From contig OX597814.1 in NCBI GenBank assembly GCA_951406725.2, forward strand, positions 96,534,001 through 96,598,000: a stretch of DNA of 64,000 bases, written 5' to 3'. The DNA comes from Octopus vulgaris (lineage: Eukaryota). The translations under genes were made by a program, and so were the position numbers. Positions within the stretch are counted from its first letter, which is position 1. Each line of letters begins with the position of its first letter. The notes under the pieces are model-generated. The model did not search any database. It was given only the letters and a program-made list of their open reading frames with translations, and was not told where the DNA came from. Shown here in pieces: positions 11,692-25,240 of this stretch.

Positions 11692-12861
11692 TATGCGATC
11701 TTGTTTATGAGTTTTGTTATTTACTAGGATGTGTGTTTTCATGCATAGAATTGGTAATATTCCACTAATTCATTGTTTTTGTTTTTATTCGTCTAGAGAT
11801 CAGTTGGGCTTTTACTGCTGACACGGTACATCGGATTCTAGCTTGAATTTCAGCCCCTCAAAAGTAGTATCCATGTCGAATCTATAAATTCGACCTTAAA
11901 AAAATAGTCTAAAAAATTCGACTTTTACTCAGTATGTTTGCATAGCTTCATGTACAATTGAATACTAACATTATTATGTCTCTCATAGTAAATTTACTTC
12001 CTCAGTGGTTAGTCTTTAGTATAGAACTCATATGATGTCACACTCAAAAACCATAAATTTTATTTCATAATAATTGCTGTTTCATTTCTGTTTTATTATC
12101 AACTGAAGTTTATGCTTTCCCTCTCTTATTTTACTTCATTCATTTTTCCATAGAAGGAGATACTCTTCATATGTCCTACTTAGACATAAGAAGTTTGGTA
12201 ATTTGCTATAAATATCATTTATTTTACATTAAATATATATTTATTCCTTTTCTACATAAGTCTTAACGCTCATTTGTTTTTTAATGTATCATAAAACTGT
12301 TTCCGCATATATTCACTAACATCGCTTAACAGGTCTCCAAATATTTTTTCTAAAGCTTCAAATAAGCAATCAATAGTAAAAGGCCTTAGGTATCATTGTA
12401 TTTGAAGTTACCTTCAAATCATTTTTTTTTATACTAATAGGCAATAAGACACATATCTTCTCCAAACTTGTAACAGGTTTCTGAAGACATACTTCTTTTA
12501 ACACATACAATGCTCAACTTAAGATTTCATTAATCGTGTTAAGAGCATGCGAATTACTTCTAAAGGATATCTCGTATAGAAGTTTAATCAACAACCAATT
12601 TTCACAATCCTAAATTTCTTCTGTTTGGGTGTAGTTTTTAATTAGATAATTATCATTTCACTAAATTACATAAATGGATTCTGTCACAATTCCCATACAA
12701 GACTTAACTCCGCCTTCTTTGAGTATTTCCTTCACAGTTATATATATATATGCATGTATGTATATGTGTGTATGCGTATGATGTGTGTGGCTTGTGTGTA
12801 TATTTATGCATATAAAAACATATATGAACATACACACACAGGCGCGCGCACGCACACACAC

Positions 12862-12914
<53 letters not shown>

Positions 12915-13082
12915 AAATGCGTATTAAGAGAAATTGTTTTATCTTCTTCATCAATACTTTGCAAAAAAAATAGAGGAAGAGAAAATCTGAGAAACTGGGA
13001 TACTTTTGCCTGTACTTTCATATCCGTACTTTAATCATTATATTCATTATACGCGATCACCATATAATGTTTCTGGTTATCC

Positions 13083-13348
<266 letters not shown>

Positions 13349-13800
13349 ATGCGATCATTAAATATTTGTTTAATTGCATGTATGTGTGTGTGAATGTACT
13401 TGTAATTTTTCTCTTACGCGTGTGATATTAGACACGCAACAATGTTAAAGTTTCATCATTTTCATTATCAAAGATTAATCCTGTTTCCTTACTCCTATAA
13501 AATGGTGAAGCCGGCAAGGTTTTGAAATGGTGATGCATTGAAAGATTTTGAAATTTGTTGTTCCCAGTAAAGCAATAGAGATGGAGACCGAAAATCGTTG
13601 ATAAAAATAATTAAAGCACAAACACAGGCGTACCTTTAATGGACATACATATATACAAACATGCATGCATATATACATACACACGCATGCGCATACATGT
13701 AAGATCTTTTTGGTTGTCTCCACCTTATCTAATAATTGCATACGTATTATTTTTGCATTCGTATGTAGTGTGCTCCATTCTATCTAACCATATGTATGGG

Positions 13801-13832
<32 letters not shown>

Positions 13833-14082
13833 CGTATATATATATGTGTGTGTGTGTATATATATGTGTGTGTGTATTATGTATGTATATATATATATTT
13901 ACATATATATAAAATACAGATGAACACACACACATGCATACGCACACATACACACACACACACACCATTATATATATATGTATGTATGTATATGTTTGTA
14001 TGTATAAGAGTTTGTGTGTGGATTTATAAATGTACGTATATATATACACATGTATATACGTGTTTATGTGCGTGTATGTTTG

Positions 14083-14114
<32 letters not shown>

Positions 14115-14351
14115 CGTGTGTGTATTTTCATATGTGTATACTGTAAAGTTTCAAGTTAACCGATGCCACAGATTCCGTCTACCGGCTTGTTTAATTATTT
14201 GTGATATTTGAACAAAATTATGGGCATAATTTGAACTCTCACTGAACTTAAACTTTACATAGCTTTGGCTCTATTCCCAATACTGAGCCATCACTTTGTT
14301 ATTCTCAGCAATGTTATTCCTAAAATTATAACCTTATATGTGATACACATA

Positions 14352-14393
14352 CAGTCTGACGAAGACAAGTAAACAGAAACTTCGAAGTCATTG
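14352..14393 (+). ncRNA. Minimal type I hammerhead ribozyme motif, stem II decayed
   Basis: cagt-CTGACGA-agacaagtaaaca-GAAA-cttcgaag-TC-attg; stem I pairs with one GU; stem III is palindromic. Confidence 0.55.
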
Positions 14394-14682
14394 CCAACCT
14401 TTCTCTTGTAATAGCTTAATGAATTTATACTCTGCTAAAATGTATTGAGTTATGCCACACATTAATTTTAAATATATATGTAATTATGGTATGTGTATGT
14501 GTGAGTGCGCGCGTGTATTGCTTCGTTGTCAGGAGGAAAGATAATGTTCACAGCCTCTTATTAGGCCTCCGAGAGTGAGAAGAGTGGGTGAAAAAGGTAT
14601 CCTAACCCGGAGCCTTGAATCAATACCGTTTGCATAAATTTCGTAGACGGAAACAGTGTGGAAACCTGTCATATATATATAT

Positions 14683-15339
14683 GATCAAAAGGTAGCAGAA
14701 GAAATGGCAGATAGTTATGTGCAGACCCTTCTGAAGTTCCAAGTGTTATGCATGCAAAATTTCCTGCGTCATAGTTTTAGAGGTTGTCAGCAATGAAGGA
14801 CATGTGATGCCTCCTTACTTCTTTCCACAGGCCTTAGAGTTAACTCTGTCGCCTACATTGAGGTCCTGGAAATAAGCCCTGGATAGACAATGTATGCAAT
14901 AGAAGGCCATATGTTTTTCTGTAAGACTCTGCACTATCATACATGGCTCTAGTAACACAGGTATGGGTAGTTGAAAATTTTCCTGATCACATAATCCCTA
15001 ATATTTGGCCTCCTAATTCCCCAGATCTGAATTCATTGGACTATTACATGTAGATCATTGTTGAGAGAGTGGGCAATAAACACGCCCCTAACACCAAAGA
15101 TTCTATGAAAGCTGCCATTGTCAGAGTAATGTCCAAAATGAACCAGGACCACTTGATTCGAGTATGTAGATAACTTAGATCTCATATACAAGCAGTTGTT
15201 GAAGCTGAAGGTGGCTTTATTGAATAACATTATAGGAAAGAAATTTTATTTTTATCCTCATAGCATTTTTTGATAAATAAAGTTATTATATATGTATTTT
15301 TTATAAACATAAATGTCCTCAAATATTTTACGCACCCTG
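14683..15339 (+). mobile_element. Tc1/mariner (DD37D/maT-like) transposon, decayed 3' half
   Basis: MHAKFPAS..VVSNEGHVMPPYFF, KPWID, WPPNSPDLNSLDYY; ends ..GCACCCTG|TA. Confidence 0.8.
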
Positions 15340-15344
15340 TATAT

Positions 15345-15760
15345 ATATAAATTTAAATAATGAGCGTGATAAATTGAATATTAATTTAATTAATATCAAT
15401 TTATAACCAGTAGCCTAGCATACAGAAAAATCTGAAAATTCGATTATATAACAGATTCGTATAATATGAATAACCACTAAGTGGACATCCAATATGCTAG
15501 AAGAAGATCACCTACGATCTAACTACAAAGAAAAGAATGTTCTCTAGAGAAATTCAGCAAACACCAGAACATAAGTGGGTAAGACATGAAAATATACAAA
15601 ATACAGAATTAATCGTAGACCGATTTCGCCATCAACGATTTTACTTACGTGGACTCTTCAGTACGATCGTTCCAATTCAATTTGTAGAACTATACACTAG
15701 TTGTCTTTGTAAAATTAGATGTGTATATAGTTCTACCGAATCGGTAGAACTATATACAAT
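15345..15760 (-). repeat. Diverged hammerhead-bearing monomer related to the 60-62 kb array
   Basis: 15355-15435 resembles the reverse complement of the array end (GGTGAGAGAATTAGATACTAATTTAA..GCCTAG); contains a hammerhead; flanked by TA repeats. Confidence 0.55.
15612..15667 (-). ncRNA. Type I hammerhead ribozyme motif
   Basis: Minus strand: atcgta-CTGAAGA-gtcca..tggc-GAAA-tcgg-TC-tacgat; perfect 6-bp stem I. Confidence 0.7.
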
Positions 15761-15846
15761 ATAATATATATAATATATACATAATATTTATATATAATAT
15801 AAAACATATTATATATACATGTGTGTGTGTGTGTGTGCGTGCGTGT

Positions 15847-15878
<32 letters not shown>

Positions 15879-16011
15879 TTTTGTGTGTGTGTGTGTGTGA
15901 CAGAAGGTAGAAAAATAGTACTCGAATACCGGAGGTAGAGAAATATGATTTATTAATAAAGTTGCAAAGACATCACAAAATCTGTTACTCAGAGTTTCAC
16001 GTTCCCGTTCA

Positions 16012-17440
16012 TGAGATAGCTCACTATTTAAGACTACCTGAGCTTCCGTGTTTCTGTGTAATTCCTTAAAGATGCTCACAAAATGTGTTGGGTAACCAAG
16101 TTTACACAAAACAATCTACAGTGCATCTCTGTTTACCGTGTCAAATGCCTTAGTTACATCTATGAAGACCGGGTATAATGGCATTTGTTCCTCCAAGCAT
16201 TTCTCCCGAACCTGCCTCGCTGAAAATATTATGTCTATTGTTCCTCGCTCAGGTCTGAAACCACACTACTCTTCAGGAATCCCATGTGGACACACATTCT
16301 CAATGAGACGATCTAACATGATCCTTGAAAGTATCTTCTTGATATGTGCCAGGAAGGTTATCCCTCTAGAATTACCGCGCACAGCTTTTGGACCCTTACC
16401 CTTGTATAGAAAGATTAGAATGTCATTTAACCATTTCTGTGGCACAGAAGATTCATTCTCAATTCGAGTTATTAAGCTATGAATTTCATATGAAATATGA
16501 TCCCCACCTGCTTTCAGAATTTCAACTGGAATACCATCCAATCCAGGGGATTTACTTGATCTCAGTTTACATAATGCCAGATTTACTTCTTCAATGGAAG
16601 GTGTATCGTTCATGTGTTGCACTATCTCTCTTTGCGGAATGTTGTTTATGATATCTATGTTCACTACAGAAGGATTGTGGAAAAGATCTACAAAGTGTTC
16701 TCTCCATTTGTTTATTATTCCAGGAGGATCTTTAAAAACCTCATTTCCATCTTTTGACTTCAAGTGAACATATGATGAAGATTGCGGTTCAAAAGCTCGC
16801 CGCAATAAACTATAAAACTTTTAATGTCTTTCCTGTATTAGGCCGTACTTCCTCAGATAAGTTTCTCCATCAACTGTCTTTAAGCCTCTTGAGTTCTTTT
16901 TGCAAGTATGCTTTCTGAGATTTGTACAACTTTTCTAGTCGCAATTTGTTCTTTACGTTTGGGTCAAGAAGCTTTTCATAAGTAGATCTCTTTGTTATTA
17001 AAAGCTGATTTATCACCATATCATTGGAATTAAACCAGTCTCGGTACTGTCTCCTCTTAAAACCTAACACCTCTAATCTTATTTTATATATTCCATCCCG
17101 AAAATATTGCCATGAACCATCAAAATGAACATAGCTGCATCTCTGCTGAAATGACTACAAACCTTGCGTTTGTTTTAGCTGCTCTACATCAATTCTCTTT
17201 GGTACTCGTACACCTACAGTACGAATCTTCTTACAGACCCTCAACTTGAACTTAGCCCTCACCATTTTGTGATCAGTATCACCTTCAGCACCTCGCAGTA
17301 CGTTGAGACTGCACAAATCTTATAAGTCAGGTTTCTGAATTAATACAAAGTCAATCATGTGACCTTGCTTTGATCTTGGGTGAATTTAGGTAACTTTATG
17401 CTTCAGCTTATGATGAAAGAAAGTATTACCAACAACCAGC
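16012..17440 (-). mobile_element. RTE-clade LINE fragment (end of APE endonuclease and N-terminal RT), decayed
   Basis: HPRSKQGHMIDFV, RGAEGDTDHKMV, KSPGLDGIPVEILK, YKGKG..GNSRGI, PEE*CGFRPERGTIDIIF, TKAFDTVNR. Confidence 0.88.
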
Positions 17441-17466
17441 CCTAGCTCAGACCACATTTGTAGCAG

Positions 17467-17787
17467 ATGTAGTTTCCGGCTTGGAATTTCTGGAACCACC
17501 GTTGACACTGGCTTACGCTTATTGTCCGATTCCCATATACTATATAAATATTCCTCGCACTTTCCATTGCGCTGTTGCCTTTGTTGAACTCATAAAGCAA
17601 AATATGCCGAATATGCTCCTTTGTTCCTTCCATTGTAGCTCTCAAAAAATAACTGTTATATCGAAATGAACTCAAGAATAAATGCAAGTTAAAATTACTA
17701 CCTGCTTTTATAGTAAGTTGATGCAGGTAGTTTATACCGTCCCTCTCCGACATTTAGCTCGTGCAAATTATTTATGGGATGACCCAA
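17467..17787 (-). mobile_element. mariner 5' fragment (TIR and HTH)
   Basis: MEGTKEHIRHILLYEFNKG..CQRWFQKF; TIR TTGGGTCATCCCATAAATAA next to TA. Confidence 0.85.
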
Positions 17788-17894
17788 TATATGATATACG
17801 CACCTGCTCACTCACACACACACACACGCACGCACGAACACACAAGCACGCACGCACACACACAAGCACGCACGCACACACACAAGCACACACG

Positions 17895-17983
<89 letters not shown>

Positions 17984-18213
17984 GGGGGAACCTGTTGTTG
18001 TCATTACTGGAAATTGAGTTGCTAGTTGTGCAATATTTATTGATAGTAGAAACTTCACAAGTCGTCTCAGGAAGTTTCTCGTTCACTCACTTCGGACGAC
18101 TGTGTAAATACCTTTTATTTATTGCATATACGTCTTGGTGACCTTAGTAATTTAAGGCACGATTTCTTATGAGTATAATGTAAGCGGGCAAGCACGTGTA
18201 ACTTTATACATGC

Positions 18214-18250
<37 letters not shown>

Positions 18251-18282
18251 TACACACACGCATACACACATGTATATACGTA

Positions 18283-18317
<35 letters not shown>

Positions 18318-18320
<3 letters not shown>

Positions 18321-18481
18321 TGCAGGAGTGGCTGTGTGGTAGGTAGCTTGCTAACCAACCACATGGTTCCGGGTTCAGTCCCACTGCGTGGCATCTTGGG
18401 CAAGTGTCTTCTACTATAGCACCGGGCCGACCAATGCCTTGTGAGTGGATTTGGTAGACGGAAACTGAAAGAAGCCTTTCG

Positions 18482-18512
<31 letters not shown>

Positions 18513-18730
18513 TTGTGTGTCTGTGTTTGTCCCCCTAGCATTGCTTGACAACCGATGCTGGTGTGTTTACGTCCCCGTCACCTAGCGGTTCGGCAAAAGA
18601 GACTGATAGAATAAGTACTGGGCTTACAAAGAATAAGTCCCGGGGTCGATTTGCTCGAATAAAGGTGGTGCTCCAGCATGGCCGCAGTCAAATGACTGAA
18701 ACAAGTAAAAGAGTAAAAAAGAGTAAAAGA
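18318..18730 (+). mobile_element. SINE family B, full length
   Basis: tRNA-like head, CORE-like motif, internal (TA)/(TG) repeat, tail GGTGCTCCAGCATGGCCGCAGTC..(GTAAAAGA)n. Confidence 0.9.
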
Positions 18731-19440
18731 GTATATATGTATCCATATGTAAACATATATGTATGCATGTATCTGTGCGTAAGCATGTGCAAGGGAGAGG
18801 AAGTGGGGAGAGAAGGCAGGTTGAGAAATTTCATGCGCGTGCTTGTATATGTACATACACAGACACAACAGACACAGAAACACACACACACACACAAGCG
18901 CGCGCGCGCATAGGAAATTGTGCTCTAGTTTGGGTAAGGTCACCGAGATATATAGTTGCGGAATTAATAGATTTTTGCAAGAAAACCATTATCATGTGGT
19001 AACTGAATATAACAAGGACAAATCAGCTGCCACATGTGTATGTGTAAGAAGAAGCAATAACAACCACTACAAATAGTCAGGCCAATGAGAGAATGTTTAC
19101 GTAGTCGATCAAATTGCTAGAAAATGTAGCTAAAAAAACCCCCACTAAAATCACACTCTAACTTCTTAAATCAGTGACGGACACGTTGTGTAACGTAATC
19201 CTGGAGAAATATTTAGAACAAAAGCGGGACAGTTATGGCTGGAACGCTTTTGATCAAGTGTCAGTTCGATCTAGTTTGACTGGGGTCTAAATATACAGCG
19301 GCGAATGTGAGGACATCCTTGTCGTTTTATTCCTTTGCTTCACCATCGCCGTTATTATCTGTCTTATCATTCCACCACCGTTAGAGAAAAAGAAAGCAAG
19401 ATCCTACAATAACACAAATACGGGCGTGAATAATAGCGGT

Positions 19441-19474
<34 letters not shown>

Positions 19475-19721
19475 AGAGTAGCAGCAGCAGCAGCAGCAGC
19501 AGCAGAAACGGCAACAGCAGTAGCAGCAATGTGAGAAGCAGTGAAAATTCACTAACAACAAGCTGTGTTAGCAACAGCTACATCAATAGTAACGCCAGAG
19601 ATGACACTGATGATGATGTCATCATCATCATACACTCCACAGTCGTAAATAAATTAAAAGAATGAATGAATGAATAAATAAATGAATAAATAAATAAATA
19701 AATAAAGTAATTAATTGATTA

Positions 19722-19788
<67 letters not shown>

Positions 19789-19797
19789 GCAACAACA

Positions 19798-20337
19798 ACA
19801 AGGCCTGAAATTTGGGGGAGAGAGAGATAGTCGATTAGATCGACCCCAGTACTCAACTTGAATTTATATTATTGACCCCGAAACGATGAAAGGCAAAGTC
19901 GACCTCGGCGGAATTTGAACTCAGAACATAGCGACGGATGAAATACCTATTTCTTTACTACCCACAAGGGGCTAAACACAGAGAGGACAATCAAGGACAG
20001 ACAAACGGATTAAGTCGATTATATCGACCCAGTGCATAACTGGTGCTTATTTAATCGACCCCGAAAGGATGAAAGGCAAAGTCGACCTCGGAATACCTAT
20101 TTCTATTTCTTTACTACCCACAGAGGGCTAAACATAGAGGGACAAACAAGGACAGACAAAGGGATTAAGTCGACTACATCGACCCCAATGCGTAACCGGT
20201 ACTTATTTTATCGATCCCGAAAGGATGAAAGGCAAAGTCGACCTCGGCGAAATTTGAACTCACAACGTAACGGCAGACGAAATACCTCTAAGCATTTCGC
20301 CCGTCGTGCTAACGTTTCTGCCAGCTCACCGCCTTCC

Positions 20338-20338
<1 letters not shown>
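19798..20338 (-). mobile_element. SINE family A tandem concatemer in (AAT)n
   Basis: Three partial or complete units joined at ..ATAC|CTATTTC. Confidence 0.85.
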
Positions 20339-20374
<36 letters not shown>

Positions 20375-20394
20375 TAATAATAATAATAATAATA

Positions 20395-20452
<58 letters not shown>

Positions 20453-20469
20453 CGATGATGATGATGATG

Positions 20470-20650
20470 ATTTCAAATTTTGGTACAAGGCCACAATTTT
20501 GGGGAGGGGTAAGTCGATTACATCGATCTGAGTACAGGTACTTATTTTATCAGCCCTGAGAGGATGAAAGGAGAAATCGACCTCGGTGGCATTTGAACAT
20601 GGTACGTAAGGCCGGAAGAAAAGGTACTGAGCATTTTCTACGGCATGCTA
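20470..20650 (-). mobile_element. SINE family A, diverged copy
   Basis: Shared family motifs. Confidence 0.7.
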
Positions 20651-20734
20651 ATAATTCAAATTCGTTCTAATTTTCGCAATAATAATAATAATAGTAAACA
20701 TTATATAAAAATAATGTTCATCTTCAAAACCCTT

Positions 20735-21012
20735 CTCGTCATCATCGTCGTCGTTGTCGTCGTCATCATCATCATCATCGTCGTCATCGTCGTCGTTGTT
20801 GTTGTCGTCGTCCTCCTCCTCCTCCGTCTCATCATCATCATCATCGTCATCGTTACCGGCGTCATCATCGACTGTACTACCATCATCCCCATCACCGTCG
20901 CCATCGTCATCTTCGTCATCGTCACCCTCCTCCACCTCCTCCTCCATCCATCATCATCATCATCATCATCACCACCACCACCATCACCATCAACAACAAT
21001 ATCAGCAATAAT
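20735..21012. repeat. Degenerate compound trinucleotide repeat (TCA/TCG/TCC/CCA)
   Basis: Read directly; produces spurious low-complexity ORFs. Confidence 0.9.
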
Positions 21013-21387
21013 AACGCCAACAGAGGCAGTTTGTCTTTGTTGCTTATATTTAAAAGAAACATGGCAGCTTTCGAAACATGTCATATATAAATAGCTCTAC
21101 ACATATACACACACGTACATACACATATACACACGTACATACACAAACATACATACACATATACACAACCCTCTCTCTGTCTCTCCTTCTTTTTTCTCTC
21201 TTTCTCTCTCACTATCTCTTTCTACCTCTCCTTTCATATGTCTTTCACATCCACCTACTTTTTATGTTCCATTTTTATAGTCAGCCTCTCTCTTTCTTTC
21301 ACTCTATCAAACACACACATATACACTGTCTCTGCGTTTCTGCGACAGGCAATCTCCCTACCCACCCTCTCCCTTTCTCTCTCTCAC

Positions 21388-21421
<34 letters not shown>

Positions 21422-21525
21422 ACACATATAAACACTATCTCTTTTCCTCACGCAAACGTTTTTGTGACTATTTTGTCTTAAATATTCACACCCTTAAGTA
21501 CACACTGCTCTCTTTCCCTCTTTCT

Positions 21526-21566
<41 letters not shown>

Positions 21567-21790
21567 CATACATACATACATACATACATACATACATACA
21601 TACATACATAAATACATGCATACATACACACATGCGTATGTAAATATATATGTACGTGTATATATACATATATATGTACACATATACACATACATTCATA
21701 CATACGTATGCATACGATGCCAACAAGAGCAAGGTCAGAGGGTAGACGACAAAAGCTTCCAAAGTTCAAGGACTTTTTAGAAGCTTTAAG

Positions 21791-21860
<70 letters not shown>

Positions 21861-22574
21861 CTTGCTCATTGATGGATACTGTGAGATTTCTACATAAAAC
21901 AAGGAAGACAGAAGCGTGTTACTTATCCCTTTTATGCAATGAAGAGTTAGCTTATAAAGCGAATGTCTAACAGCGATATGAACGTCATCAAAAATGAAAA
22001 TTAAGAATATAAAAGAGAAATAAGTATACGTTTAAATAAATTTCCCACTGAAATATTTTACCATACACACACACACGACACATTCACTCATTCACTCATT
22101 CACTAGACTCACAGACATACAAACACAGACAGACGCGCAAGCGCGTGTACTCATACAAGCACACACGCACACACACACACACACATACACACATGCACAT
22201 ACACACACAATCTCACGCACCTGCTTCGGAAACGGTTGCGAAGTGTCATGACGGTGGAAATATCTGACAGCCGTGACAGTTAACTCATCAAACAATGCAG
22301 AACTCGTCACTATCAGAATCCATCCTAACGCTTTACTATTTTTTTTTTTCATATAGCTTCTTTTTTTTTTTTTTTGGTGCTATTTTATCGCTTGTTTGGT
22401 TCTAGTGTCTATTTTATACATTGACGTATAACTTACTGCCCTATTTGAATGGAATCAACTTCACTAAAATAAGAAGGAGCGGGGATTTGTTCAAGTGGCA
22501 TCATTACTCTGCAGATTTCGACAACCACTACTTCCCCGGCAAACATCATTACTTTCCAGCACGAGCAAAATCGT

Positions 22575-23185
22575 CGCAGCATGGGAAATAAATGCCTTCT
22601 GGTATTTGCATCGGCTTTTTACGTTCTGAGTTTAATTATTGCCGAGGTTAGCTTTACCAATTCCAATTTCCTTAGGCATCGATAAAATAGAGCACCAGTC
22701 AAATACTGGAAGTGATGAAATCGACTAAACCACTCTTATCAAAATTACTAGCTTCGGGCCAAAATCAGAAAGCTCTATTCTGAAGTCAAATTACGCCAAG
22801 ATCGACTTTGCCTTTCATTTTTCGGGGTTGATAAAATAAGTATCAGTTGAGCACTGGGGTTGTTTTAATCGATTCACCCCTCCCCAAAATTTCAGACATT
22901 GTGCCTTTAGTAAAAAGGATTATTATTGTTGCTGTTGTTGTTGTTTTTGTAGCTGTTGTTATTAAGGCGACGAGCTGACAGAATCGTGAACATGTTGAAC
23001 AAAATGCTTAGCGGCATTTCGTCCGTCTTTATGTTCTAAGTTGAATATCCGCCGAAGCTGACTTTGGTTTTCATCCTTTCGGGGTTGATAACTTATGTAC
23101 CAGTCAACCACTGAGATCGATGTAATTGACTGGTCCCCTCCCCCAAAATTTTAGGCCTTATGCTTTTAGTAGTAAGGGTTATTAT
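22575..23185 (+). mobile_element. Cluster of three SINE family A copies
   Basis: Head AAGGCGACGAGCTGACAGAATCG at 22963; older copies at about 22575-22920. Confidence 0.75.
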
Positions 23186-23194
23186 TTCGTGAAA

Positions 23195-25240
23195 ACTCTC
23201 AGCTTATTTTGCTGGATATGATGGAAAGTGTCAGCTGTCAACAGCCAGCAGACTAAGGTGACACTTGTTTACTGATCATGTTTCAAGAACCTGCAGAGAA
23301 CTCTTGCAGTTCCAAGCAATACTGATTTTTGTATTGATTTAACTCAGGATCATATTTATTCTTGGTAGAATTTAAGTGGGTAGCAGGTTACTACCTCTAA
23401 TCTTAGGTATTCTTTTATTATTATTTTTTGTTTTGTTTTAGTCACTTGATTGCGGCCACCCAAAGCTTTCAATAGTCTTTCAAGTGCTTAAAGCCCTCCT
23501 GATAATCTTTCCTGTCCCTAAGAGGCAAACTTTCTACAGAAGCTCTACAGGACATTTTACTCCAATCTCCTTCAACTATGTGTTTCTATCTTTACTTACA
23601 GTTCCCAATGCACCAATTATTACGGGTACAACCTTTACAGTTTTCATACTCCAAATTATTGCAATTTCAAATTCTAAGGGGTTGTATTTTTTGATTTTTC
23701 ATCGTCTTTCTTTACTGGAATCATACAGACATGATGGATCAATTAGTAAGCAACTTCGCTTTTTTTCTGTCTGTTATTGTAATATCTAGTTTATTAATTT
23801 CTAGCTTCTTATCCGTTTGAATGGGTAAATCCTATAAAATTTTGCATTTCTCCGACTCCAGCACTCTTTCCACCCGATGATCATACCACGTGTCTCTAGC
23901 TTCAAATACCTATTTCCGATAAAGTAAAACTTTAACAACTTGGTCATGACTCCAGTTCTTGTATTCTCCCTGCTAACTTGGAACATTCGGTAACAATGTG
24001 TGCCGCTGTCTCCACAAGCTCTACATGTTACTGAACCCTCCCCATACACATATTTTCCCAAGTCGTTTGTTTTTATCGTTTGATCTTCAGCTGCTATAAT
24101 GAGACTCTTTGTTTCTTTTTTTTTTTTTTCATTGCTCCTTTTTTAACCTAGCCCAGGATTTTGTTGCCCATACATCTTCAGTGGCTTTCCAAAACTGACC
24201 ACGCACAGGTTTCTCTCCAATTTGTTTAACATGGTCTCTTTGAATTTCATTCTTGTCCTTTTTTCCTATTCCACACTTGACCACCTGTTCCTTATTCACT
24301 GTCTTTAGTAGTTCCCCTGTGCTGTTCTGTAAATATTTTAGTAGGCTTTTCCTTTTCATCTGTACACTTTCTCAAAACAATTAAGTCTCTTCCACCCTGG
24401 TCTCTCTTCAAGTACAACCGGTTCACATCAGCTTTCGGATGGTGGATCCCATACCATACACTACCGTCAGAAATTAATTAGCACCCTTGATTTGCTCTTC
24501 ACTCAAGGTATGTGCTGTCACCTAGTGGCCATATCTCGAACTATTGCTTTGTTGCGAGTTCACTGTTGCGCAGAACGATGACGTAACTTTGTTTGCAGAG
24601 CAGTTTGAGAGTTTACAGCCTTATGATGTTGACATAGCAGCGCAACAACAACTTGGAGTGCGGATGCAGACAAACTTCCTTTGTTTAATAGATATAGGTA
24701 GCGCCTCGCAAGGACCGAAATCACACCATACTAAGTTTTCTCATCGCGTAAGACGTTTTGAACAGCTCATAGGTTAATTGATTTAACCTATTTAATGTAG
24801 AAATTTGTGAAGTGCTAATTAATTTCTGACGCAAGTGTACATTGTAAGCCGCTTTCTAGTTTTTCTTTCAAGTTTTTGTATATCGCTTTTGGTCAAATCT
24901 ACAGGTACTGCTCTTGCCTTTATTGTTTCAATAAAGTCTTTTGTATTCAGCTTTGAATGTAATATTTTTATTACTCTCCTTGTATACTCCTTACTAGTAA
25001 GTTGTTCTATCTCTTCATGCTTTATTTCATCTGCCTCCAGTATCCCCCCAATACTTATAACACTGTCCTTTCTCAACCGCTTTCATTGTTTGCACATTTG
25101 GCATTTCAGTTCCTTGGCTGCCTTCAAATCTTCCTCGCCTCATTTTCAATATAGTGCACTTTTCAATTCCAAATTTCATACCTTCATAATTTGAGAAAAT
25201 GCGAACAGTATGTACAAGACTTTGAAGCTGCTTCTCATTT
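23195..25240 (-). mobile_element. R4/Dong family D, decayed and interrupted
   Basis: GILEADEIKH, ERKTRKRLTM, HHPKADVNRLYL, VVPVIIGALG on the minus strand; 3' UTR stem-loop at about 23228-23263. Confidence 0.75.
24459..24837. mobile_element. Tc1/mariner-type MITE, 379 bp, inserted in the LINE
   Basis: TIRs CACTACCGTCAGAAATTAATTAGCAC / GTGCTAATTAATTTCTGACGCAAGTG with TA on both sides; splits the LINE reading frame. Confidence 0.88.

Noticed and set aside
18318-18390. tRNA gene-like A/B boxes (also at 53965)
   Set aside because: These are SINE heads: multi-copy, no full cloverleaf, and they continue into the SINE body.
20645-21094. Acidic, poly-Ser and poly-His ORFs
   Set aside because: Degenerate trinucleotide repeat open in several frames, with no splice or domain evidence.
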